DNA of 64,000 bases from an uncultured Pelagibacteraceae bacterium (GTDB lineage: Bacteria > Pseudomonadota > Alphaproteobacteria > Pelagibacterales > Pelagibacteraceae), in contig CACBHL010000001.1 of assembly GCA_902539035.1 (NCBI GenBank), forward strand, positions 30,144 through 94,143. The letters are read 5' to 3'. Numbering within the stretch: the stretch's first letter is position 1; each line of letters begins with the position of its first letter. This document shows positions 43,543 to 51,314 of the stretch, one piece after another. The notes beneath the pieces are model-generated. The model was not told the DNA's origin. It did no database searches and saw only the letters and a list, made by a program, of their open reading frames with translations. Made by a program: the position numbers and the translations under genes.

Positions 43543-43566
43543 TATCAAGAGTTTTGTTAATGTCAA
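43539..43566 (-). promoter_or_regulatory. Putative sigma70 promoter of the recombinase
   Basis: Minus strand TTGACA-N16-TATATT with extended -10 TG; the -10 overlaps the outer arm of the inverted repeat. Confidence 0.6.
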
Positions 43567-43621
43567 ATAAAATAATTAATCATTTTTAAGAACAATTAAT
43601 AATGTTGCGAGCCCAATTAGG

Positions 43622-43810
43622 ATGAAATATAAATTAAAGATGGGCATAGACGGAGTAATAGAACCAATATATTTTCTAATCACTTCTATTGGTTTTGTAA
43701 TTTTGAGCTTTATTCAGTTCAAAAAAACAGGAAAAACGTTAGAAACGATATATCTCTCTATTTTAGCTATTTTCTTTATAGTCTGCTTCATTATTTTAAA
43801 TTTTTATTGA
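43622..43810 (+). CDS. Small two-TM hypothetical membrane protein
   Basis: 62 aa, two hydrophobic helices, stop overlaps next ATG; alternative start 43640. Confidence 0.55.
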   Translation: MKYKLKMGIDGVIEPIYFLITSIGFVILSFIQFKKTGKTLETIYLSILAIFFIVCFIILNFY

Positions 43811-44079
43811 TGAAAGGTACTAAATTTCAATTAAAAGTCTGGAAATACCTTAAAACTATACCAAAAGGTACTGTAAAAACATATAAAGAAGTAGCTATTG
43901 CTATAAAAAGCCCTAAATCATCCCGTGCTGTAGCTAACGCATGTGGAAAAAACCTATATGCTCCCAAAATACCGTGTCATAGAGTAATTAGATCTGATGG
44001 AGGACTAGGTGGTTACTCCGGCAAAGGAGGAATTAAGACAAAACTACGTTTATTGAGATCTGAAAAAGTTGATATTTAG
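43810..44079 (+). CDS. O6-methylguanine-DNA methyltransferase, C-terminal domain only
   Basis: IPKG..TY, RAVANA, IPCHRV with active Cys, LGGY. Confidence 0.9.
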   Translation: MKGTKFQLKVWKYLKTIPKGTVKTYKEVAIAIKSPKSSRAVANACGKNLYAPKIPCHRVIRSDGGLGGYSGKGGIKTKLRLLRSEKVDI

Positions 44080-44613
44080 GGTCATCTTAGCCTATTTTAT
44101 GGTCAAAAACACCACTAAAATGAACAATTTTTGGATATTTAAGACTATTTTATTATAAATAGTATTTTGCACCCTTCAGTTGTACTACATATCTTGATAA
44201 ACCCAAATAAAGCACCTCTATGGCCGTTTAAAACATATATTCTATAACTGCATTGCTCTACTTATCAACGATATCAGGGCTCATTTTAGAGTCAAATTTC
44301 AATTAATTTTTTATTAATTTTTGTTCCCTACTCACTTAACTGAATATAAATTTTGAATTATGTGATCAATAAGCTTGAAAAACTATTGATATTAAACAAT
44401 TTTAACTATTTGTGTTAATTTTATACAAAAATTTATCGAATTTTGTCTTAATTTATCCTATAAAATAGCTATTTATTTTTTATTTTCTTAGATAAATTGA
44501 AAAACTTATACTATTTTATAAATATTTGTTAAATAAAATAATGTAATAATTACAACTATTTATACGTATATACTAAGACAATACATTATATATTAGTAAA
44601 TATTTTTTTACTA
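44080..44613. other. 534-bp gene-free AT-rich tract at the strand-orientation switch
   Basis: No ORF of 60 aa or more; largest spacer in the window; lies between convergent genes. Confidence 0.7.
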
Positions 44614-45465
44614 TTAACTAGAACGAGTTAGTAAATATTCCCTTCTAGAAATATATAGCCCACTAAGAACGATAATAAATAAACCCAAATAAGTCCAATT
44701 ATCTGGCAATTCATGGAAGAAATAGTAACTAATAAGTATATTTGTAATTATCTCTGTATAGCCTAAAGGAGCTAATTTAGATGCATCAGCATATTTGAGT
44801 GATAATATGAGGAAAAGATGTGCCACAGAGGCTATAAGGCCTATTAAAGCCATTAAAATCCATTGATTTGACGTAGGATTAACCCAAACAGAGGGCATAA
44901 ATATGCTTATAATAACAGTTCCTATCAAACCAGACAGCAAAAGTGTTAAAAGAGGATTATCAGAGGTGCTTAGCTTCCTGGTAATAATAAGATAAAAACC
45001 ATAGCAAATTCCATTACCTAATGCGGCCATAGTAGCTAAATTAAGCTCTATAAAGCCAGGTCTTATTACAATTAATGTTCCAATAAAACCTAAAGACACA
45101 GCTGTCCACCTTTTCACCCCTACTTTCTCATTTAAAAAAAATGGAGATAAGGCTGTAACACAAATTGGTGCAACAAAAGCTAAAGTTAAAGCTTTAGGAA
45201 GTGAAATTTCTGATATTGCATAAAAAAATAAATAAGTAGAAAAAACAAAAATTAATCCTCTAATTAATTGAAGGGCTGGTTTTTTTGTCCAAACTAATGA
45301 ATTCCTATAAAAGATAAGCATTAAGGATAATGTAAAGACCACAGTAAAAAAATATCTTGCCCAAGTTATCTGCAAAACATCCATTGATGAGCTTAAATAT
45401 TTAGCAAAAGCATCCATGACAGGAACAATCATCCAAGCAGATGCATTTAAAATTATTGCCTTCAT
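44614..45465 (-). CDS. DMT/EamA family transporter
   Basis: About 10 TM helices; LNEKVG..RW, IVIRPG, ASKLAP. Confidence 0.88.
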   Translation of the reverse strand: MKAIILNASAWMIVPVMDAFAKYLSSSMDVLQITWARYFFTVVFTLSLMLIFYRNSLVWTKKPALQLIRGLIFVFSTYLFFYAISEISLPKALTLAFVAPICVTALSPFFLNEKVGVKRWTAVSLGFIGTLIVIRPGFIELNLATMAALGNGICYGFYLIITRKLSTSDNPLLTLLLSGLIGTVIISIFMPSVWVNPTSNQWILMALIGLIASVAHLFLILSLKYADASKLAPLGYTEIITNILISYYFFHELPDNWTYLGLFIIVLSGLYISRREYLLTRSS

Positions 45466-45481
45466 AAAAGAAGGATATAGT

Positions 45482-46381
45482 TTAATAGAAGTATTTTAAA
45501 GCAAAGAATACAACGATTGGTAAAGTTATAAATGACATAATTGTTGAAACTACGATCATACTTGCAATGCTATCAACAATTTTTTTTGGTGAATACATTG
45601 AACCAATTAAATAAGTCAAAACTGCACTTGGCATAGCACATTGAATTAGAAATACACCTGCTGCAAAACCAGATAAATTAAACATTTTTATAATACCTAG
45701 TCCAATTAATGGACCAATAAAAACTCTACATATTGAAGAAATAAAAGCAGATCTAAAAGAAAAAACTTTTAATCTTGTAAGAGCTATACCTAAAGACATC
45801 AATATTAAAAATATTGCCGTATAAGCAGTAATCATAGTTGTATTAACTAAAAAAACTGGAGTTTTTATTTCATAATATATAAAGATAATTGAAATTATTA
45901 TTGCATAAACAGGTGGGCTTTGAAGTAAAAGCTTAAAACTAAATTTTTTACTAGCCAAAAAAACATTTATTGTAAAATGAAAAAATATTACTAATGAAGA
46001 GATAGTAGCTGCAATACCTAAGCCTAAATCACCGTAAGCAAATAAGCAAATTGGTAATCCCATGTTACCGACATTGGGTAAAACAAATGGAGGAAGTTCT
46101 CGTATTATTTCTTTTTTTAAAAAAATTAAAAAAATTATACCCACTAAAGAAAAGGCAAATATTGCAATTAATGAATACCAAAAATACTCAATAAACATTG
46201 AGAATGTAACACCAGTGGTAGTGATAGCGTAAAAAACCATCGCAGGGCTACCAACATTAGCAGCAAAATTTGTGATAAAAGAAGTATCTAATTTAGGATT
46301 TTTTTTACCAATAAAGTATCCAATACCCACCATAAAAAAAACAGGAAATAAAACTTCAAAAAGTTTAAAATAAATATCCAT
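45482..46381 (-). CDS. AEC (auxin efflux carrier) family transporter
   Basis: PNVGNMGLP and CAMPSAV motifs, multi-TM. Confidence 0.88.
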   Translation of the reverse strand: MDIYFKLFEVLFPVFFMVGIGYFIGKKNPKLDTSFITNFAANVGSPAMVFYAITTTGVTFSMFIEYFWYSLIAIFAFSLVGIIFLIFLKKEIIRELPPFVLPNVGNMGLPICLFAYGDLGLGIAATISSLVIFFHFTINVFLASKKFSFKLLLQSPPVYAIIISIIFIYYEIKTPVFLVNTTMITAYTAIFLILMSLGIALTRLKVFSFRSAFISSICRVFIGPLIGLGIIKMFNLSGFAAGVFLIQCAMPSAVLTYLIGSMYSPKKIVDSIASMIVVSTIMSFITLPIVVFFALKYFY

Positions 46382-47604
46382 TAACCAAGCACTCTAATAA
46401 GTGTTGGTGTTTTTAAAATATTTTTATTTTTTTTAAATATGGATAAACAATTCTTTGAATTTATTTCAGAAGTTTTGTGAGTTATTATTACTATTGTTGC
46501 TTTATTTGTTTTTTTATCAGGTGTTTGGATAAGTCTTTTTACAGATATTTTATACTTGGCTAAACGATTAGTAATTTGAGATAAAACTCCAGGTCGATCT
46601 CTTACTTCAAACCTTAAATATAGTGAATTTGAATAATTATTTATATTATAAGATTTTAGAGCTTTTAATTGAACAAAAGGAGTTCCAAAAGGTTTTTTAA
46701 TATTCCCTCTAAGTATGGACAATAAGTCAGAAAGTAGAGAAGATGAAGTAGGACCTGGACCTGCACCCTCACCTTGTAAAATACTTTCACCAACGGGTTT
46801 ACCTTCAAGAATTACTGCATTCATTACCCCATTAACATTCCCAATATAAGATTTTTTGTTAACTAAACATGGGTGGACTGTTTCAAAAAGATGATTATTT
46901 TTTAATTCCGTTATACCAAGAAGTTTTATTTTTAAATCTAATTGATTAGCAATTTTTATATCTTTTAATTCAATTTTTTCTATACCCTCCATTAAACATT
47001 TGTGGTGTGAAATTTTACTATTAAATGCAAGTGCAGATAAAATTCTTACCTTTGCAAAAGCATCAAAACCATTTAAATCTAATTTAGGGTTGCCTGGTTC
47101 AGCATAGCCAAGTTTTTGTGCTTTAATAAGAACATTATTAAATTTTTGATTAGAATTTTCCATTTCAGATAAGATATAATTTGAAGTTCCATTTAATATT
47201 CCATAAATCTTTGAGATCTTGTTTGTTGTTAATCCCTCCTTAATAGATCTTAATATTGGGATACCCCCTGCTACAGAAGCTTCAAACTCTAAGTTAACAT
47301 TATTTTTTTCAGCTAATTTTGCTAGATAATTTCCATGTTTAGAAATTAGAGCTTTATTTGGTGTTATAACGTGAACTTTGCTTTTTAAAGCTTTTTCAAC
47401 AATCTTTTTAGATATACCATCAGATAATCCTATTGCTTCAAATAAAATATCAATCTTATGTTTTTTTAGTATATCAAAAGGATTAGTATAAAAAATTTTC
47501 TTATTAATTTTGAATTTTCTTTTTTTTTTAATATTTAACTCATTAAGCAGATAAATACCAATCTGTCCTAAACCAACTACTGCAATATTATATATTTTTT
47601 TCAT
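46381..47604 (-). CDS. hom: Homoserine dehydrogenase with ACT domain, apparently with an N-terminal in-frame deletion
   Basis: GLGQIG, FEASVAGGIP, GILNGTSNYIL, GEGAG, DRPGVL. Confidence 0.93.
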   Translation of the reverse strand: MKKIYNIAVVGLGQIGIYLLNELNIKKKRKFKINKKIFYTNPFDILKKHKIDILFEAIGLSDGISKKIVEKALKSKVHVITPNKALISKHGNYLAKLAEKNNVNLEFEASVAGGIPILRSIKEGLTTNKISKIYGILNGTSNYILSEMENSNQKFNNVLIKAQKLGYAEPGNPKLDLNGFDAFAKVRILSALAFNSKISHHKCLMEGIEKIELKDIKIANQLDLKIKLLGITELKNNHLFETVHPCLVNKKSYIGNVNGVMNAVILEGKPVGESILQGEGAGPGPTSSSLLSDLLSILRGNIKKPFGTPFVQLKALKSYNINNYSNSLYLRFEVRDRPGVLSQITNRLAKYKISVKRLIQTPDKKTNKATIVIITHKTSEINSKNCLSIFKKNKNILKTPTLIRVLG

Positions 47605-47828
47605 TTACTAATATCAGGATATTTACTTTTTTTGGTGTAGTCTTCTATATATATTTTATATTCTTCCAATGTCATTGACGTTATATTTTTTGATTTTTTT
47701 AATATTTTTGAAAGGTTTTTTTTCTCATCTTTTTTTTTAATTGTATTTACAGTCCAATACTGAGAATCTTTATTTAAAGAACAGTTGCTAATAAATAATA
47801 GTGAAAATAAACAAAATATTAATCTCAT
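47601..47828 (-). CDS. Small hypothetical lipoprotein
   Basis: Signal peptide ending ISNC; overlaps argC and hom. Confidence 0.7.
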   Translation of the reverse strand: MRLIFCLFSLLFISNCSLNKDSQYWTVNTIKKKDEKKNLSKILKKSKNITSMTLEEYKIYIEDYTKKSKYPDISK

Positions 47829-48847
47829 ATTAATCCGGTTGTTTCTGGAAAATTAAATCTATTATTAAGACTTTGCACTGCTTGTCCTGCCCCACCTTTT
47901 ATTAAATTATCTATAGCTGAAAGTATTATAATTTTATTTTTAAATTTAGATTTACAGACTGATATTAGACAAATATTTGTATTAATAACATTATTTGTGC
48001 TTATGAGAGTATTTGATTTAGAAATCTTAACAAATTTCTCGTTTTTGTAGAATTTTGATAATAAACTTATAACCTTTGATTGATTTACATTTTTATTTAA
48101 ATCTAAATATATAGTACTAAGAATTCCTTTAAACATTGGTGATAAATGTGGTGTAAAACTTAACTCAATTTTTTTCTTAGAAAATTTTTTTAACATCTGG
48201 TCAATTTCTGAATTATGACGATGGTTTCCAACACCATATGCGCTTAAAGATTCATATAAATTTTTATTTTTATATTTTTTGTGAACACCTCTACCAGCAC
48301 CAGAATAACCTGATTTAGAGTCTATTATAATATTTGAAACTTTAACTAAATTTTTATTAACCAAAGGTATTAAAGGCAAAAGTATAGATGTAGGATAACA
48401 ACCAGGACTTGAAATTATATTATACTTTTTAAGTTCTTTTCTATTAATTTCAGGAAGTGAATAAATACTTTTTTTTATAAGTTTAACTGCTCGATGTTTC
48501 CGCTTATACCATTTTTTATATTCTGAAGCTTTTTCAAGTCGAAAATCTGCAGCTAAATCAATTAAAACATTTTTGTTATTGAGATGATTTGATATATCTT
48601 GAGCTTCACCATTAGGTAGAGCAGTAAAAATTATATCAACATCATTTAATAAATTTTTATTTAATTTTTTTATTTTAGGCAATTTATATTTTGATAATGA
48701 CTTTTCATAAGAAGAAATACTCTTACCTACTGAAGAATTACCACATAGATATTTAATCTTTATATATTTGTGCTTAACTAATATCTTAATTAATTGAGTA
48801 CCAATATATCCAGTTGATCCAGCGACTAACGCATAAAGCTTAGGCAT
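47825..48847 (-). CDS. argC: N-acetyl-gamma-glutamyl-phosphate reductase
   Basis: GSTGYIG, DLAADFR, PGCYPT, SGYSGAG, DNLIKG. Confidence 0.96.
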   Translation of the reverse strand: MPKLYALVAGSTGYIGTQLIKILVKHKYIKIKYLCGNSSVGKSISSYEKSLSKYKLPKIKKLNKNLLNDVDIIFTALPNGEAQDISNHLNNKNVLIDLAADFRLEKASEYKKWYKRKHRAVKLIKKSIYSLPEINRKELKKYNIISSPGCYPTSILLPLIPLVNKNLVKVSNIIIDSKSGYSGAGRGVHKKYKNKNLYESLSAYGVGNHRHNSEIDQMLKKFSKKKIELSFTPHLSPMFKGILSTIYLDLNKNVNQSKVISLLSKFYKNEKFVKISKSNTLISTNNVINTNICLISVCKSKFKNKIIILSAIDNLIKGGAGQAVQSLNNRFNFPETTGLI

Positions 48848-48880
48848 TATATATTATAACAGTTAAAAATTAAAAAAAAA

Positions 48881-49318
48881 TTATCTTTTAGAGAATTGGA
48901 AGCTTCTTCTTGCTTTTCTTCTGCCAGGTTTTTTCCTCTCAACTGCTCGAGAATCTCTAGTGGTAAGTTTTTCTGTTTTTAATGTACCTTTTAAATTTTC
49001 ATCAAATAAAACTAATGCTTTAGATATGCCATGAACCATAGCTCCAGCTTGACCAGTTGGTCCACCACCTTTAACACTACATCTTACATCATAATCAGTA
49101 GACTGATTTATTATCTCAAAAGGTCTTGTAATTTGCATTTTATGAGTTTCGTCTGCAAAATAATCACTAAATAATTTTCCATTTACGTATATTTTACCAG
49201 ATCCCTTTTTTAACCAAACTTTCGCAATTGACGTTTTTCTTCTGCCAGTTGCATATTTACTGTCTTTAAAATCTAATTTGATTTTAGGTGATTTGGATGT
49301 TGATTGAGTATTTTCCAT
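48881..49318 (-). CDS. rpsI: 30S ribosomal protein S9
   Basis: TGRRKT, GGGPTGQAGA, C-terminal QFSKR. Confidence 0.98.
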   Translation of the reverse strand: MENTQSTSKSPKIKLDFKDSKYATGRRKTSIAKVWLKKGSGKIYVNGKLFSDYFADETHKMQITRPFEIINQSTDYDVRCSVKGGGPTGQAGAMVHGISKALVLFDENLKGTLKTEKLTTRDSRAVERKKPGRRKARRSFQFSKR

Positions 49319-49319
49319 A

Positions 49320-49778
49320 TTAGTTTCTAGCTAAATTTTTACTGTTTAATTTTTTTAATTCAACCACTGTAGGATTTTGTGCAGAGTGCGGGTGATGATT
49401 ACCTACATAAATTTTTAATTTAGTTAATTGTTTTCGTCCCAAAACACCCCCTGGTAACATTCTTTTAACTGCAAGTTTTAGAGTTTCACTTGGTTTTTTT
49501 TTATGCAATTTTTCAGGAGTGGCAATTTTAATACCACCTGGATGACCTGTATGTCTGTAATACTTTTTATCTTGAAATTTTTTTCCTGTAAATTTGATTT
49601 GTTCAATATTTTTAACAACAACAAAATCACCATCATCCATATGTGGAGTATAAGTTGTTTTATTTTTTCCTCTAATAATATTTGAAATTACTGTAGCTAA
49701 TCTTCCAACAACTGCATTAGTTGCATCAATTTCATACCAAGATGATGTTATTTGGTCTTTTCTAAGGAATTTTGTCAT
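49320..49778 (-). CDS. rplM: 50S ribosomal protein L13
   Basis: GRLAT, YTPHMDDGD, HTGHPGG, HPHSAQ. Confidence 0.98.
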   Translation of the reverse strand: MTKFLRKDQITSSWYEIDATNAVVGRLATVISNIIRGKNKTTYTPHMDDGDFVVVKNIEQIKFTGKKFQDKKYYRHTGHPGGIKIATPEKLHKKKPSETLKLAVKRMLPGGVLGRKQLTKLKIYVGNHHPHSAQNPTVVELKKLNSKNLARN

Positions 49779-49860
49779 TGTGCGAGGATTAATACTATTA
49801 TTAAAATCAATGTCAATTTTATATTTACCTTGAAAATAGGTCTTAATTTGATAAAAAGAT

Positions 49861-49905
49861 TAAGCCGATTTGATCCTATTGCGGGCTTTAAACTGCTAAA
49901 AAGGA
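49861..49905 (+). ncRNA. SAM-II-like riboswitch aptamer (first of a tandem pair)
   Basis: P1 AAGCC/GGCTT enclosing GATTTGATCCTATTGC; pseudoknot partner GCTAAAAAGG. Confidence 0.7.
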
Positions 49906-49924
49906 AGTTTCTCAAAAAATCGGT

Positions 49925-49980
49925 AGGCATTTGAACTATATTGTGCGCCTTACATTAAGTTAAAGCACTAAAAAAGGAGT
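49925..49980 (+). ncRNA. SAM-V riboswitch overlapping the metY Shine-Dalgarno
   Basis: AGGC-ATTTGAACTATATTGTGC-GCCT...GCACTAAAAAAGGAG matches the recalled SAM-V layout; ATG at 49986. Confidence 0.9.
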
Positions 49981-49985
49981 ATATT

Positions 49986-51314
49986 ATGAGTACTAAAAGA
50001 AACAATCCTGAGACTATTGCGGTCCATGGTGGAGATTATAGAAGTGATCCTGCAACAAATGCTGTTGCTGTACCTATTTATAGAACTACATCTTATGAGT
50101 TTAACAGTACAGAGCATGCTGCAAATCTATTCTCACTAAAAGAGTTTGGGAATATTTATACCCGAATAATGAATCCAACTAATGATGTGTTAGAAAAAAG
50201 AGTTGCTGCTCTTGAAGGTGGCTTGTCATGTGTAACCGTATCTTCTGGTCAAACAGCATCAACTTTAGCTGTATTAAATGTAGCTCAAGCTGGCGATAAC
50301 ATCATAAGTTCTACTGACTTATATGGAGGAACTGTGTCATTATTTAACAATACACTTAGTAAACTTGGAATAGAAATAAGATATGCAGATCCAAGTGATC
50401 CTAAAAATTTTGAAAAACTAATTGATGACAACACACGTGCCTTTTATGGTGAAACTTTACCTAATCCATATTTAAGAGTCTTCCCGATTAAAGAAGTTTC
50501 AAATATTGGAAGGAAGTATAATATTCCTCTTATAATGGACAATACTGCCGCTCCCGTTATCTGCAAACCAATAGAACACGGAGCCGCTGTAGTTATTCAT
50601 TCTTTAACAAAATATATTGGTGGACATGGAACAGCAATAGCTGGCAGCATTGTCGATAGTGGGAATTTCGATTGGACAGCTGATCCCAAAAGACAACCAT
50701 TATTTAATGAACCAGATGCAAGTTATAACAATGTTATATGGGGAAAGGCAGTTCCTGAGATGACTGGTGCTAATGTTCCTTTTGCTGTACGTGCGAGAGT
50801 TTGTTTATTGAGAGATCTGGGGTCAGCATGTGCTCCAGATAATGCTTTTGCGATTATACAAGGTCTTGAAACAGTTGCTTTAAGGATGAAACAGCACTGT
50901 GAAAATGCACAAAAAGCAGTTAATTTTTTGAAAAAACATAAAGAAGTAACTAAAGTAATTTACTCGACTGAACATGACAAACATATATCAGATAGAGCCA
51001 AAAAATACTTAAAAGGTGGAAACGGACCAATGGTTGGCATTGAACTAAAAGGTGGAATTGAAGCTGGTAAAAGATTTATTGAGTCATTAAAAATGTTTTA
51101 TCATGTTGCTAATATTGGAGATGCCAGAAGCTTAGCCATTCACCCTGCAAGCACAACACACAGCCAACTAAATGACAAAGAACTTGCTGCATCTGGTGTA
51201 ACACAAAGTTATGTTAGACTTTGTATAGGTATCGAGCATATTGATGATATTATTGATGATCTAGATCAAGCTTTAAATAAATCTTCAAAAGGAAAGCTTA
51301 AAGCAGTTAGTTAG
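49986..51314 (+). CDS. metY: O-acetylhomoserine (thiol)-lyase
   Basis: NIYTRIMNPT, HSLTKYIGGHG (PLP Lys), ANIGDARSL, HPASTTH. Confidence 0.94.
   Translation: MSTKRNNPETIAVHGGDYRSDPATNAVAVPIYRTTSYEFNSTEHAANLFSLKEFGNIYTRIMNPTNDVLEKRVAALEGGLSCVTVSSGQTASTLAVLNVAQAGDNIISSTDLYGGTVSLFNNTLSKLGIEIRYADPSDPKNFEKLIDDNTRAFYGETLPNPYLRVFPIKEVSNIGRKYNIPLIMDNTAAPVICKPIEHGAAVVIHSLTKYIGGHGTAIAGSIVDSGNFDWTADPKRQPLFNEPDASYNNVIWGKAVPEMTGANVPFAVRARVCLLRDLGSACAPDNAFAIIQGLETVALRMKQHCENAQKAVNFLKKHKEVTKVIYSTEHDKHISDRAKKYLKGGNGPMVGIELKGGIEAGKRFIESLKMFYHVANIGDARSLAIHPASTTHSQLNDKELAASGVTQSYVRLCIGIEHIDDIIDDLDQALNKSSKGKLKAVS

Noticed and set aside
44253-44265. 13-bp inverted match (TTGCTCTACTTAT) to recombinase coding sequence near 42757-42769
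   Set aside because: The match does not extend and the frame has no start codon. It is compatible with chance in AT-rich DNA.
44571-44600. Canonical XerCD dif site
   Set aside because: The reverse strand shares only ATAATGTAT with the dif consensus, and the XerD arm TTATGTTAAAT is absent.
38452-44613. Prophage or integrative element at tRNA-Glu driven by the recombinase
   Set aside because: No repeat of the tRNA 3' end was seen, there are no phage, replication or conjugation genes, and the recombinase is 4 kb from the tRNA.
44080-44613. Replication origin (AT-rich gap)
   Set aside because: No TTATCCACA DnaA boxes were seen, and genes converge on rather than diverge from this point.
49752-49934. 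60-aa ORF upstream of metY as a leader peptide
   Set aside because: It has a TTG start inside rplM on the opposite strand and runs across promoter and riboswitch sequence, which already explain the region.
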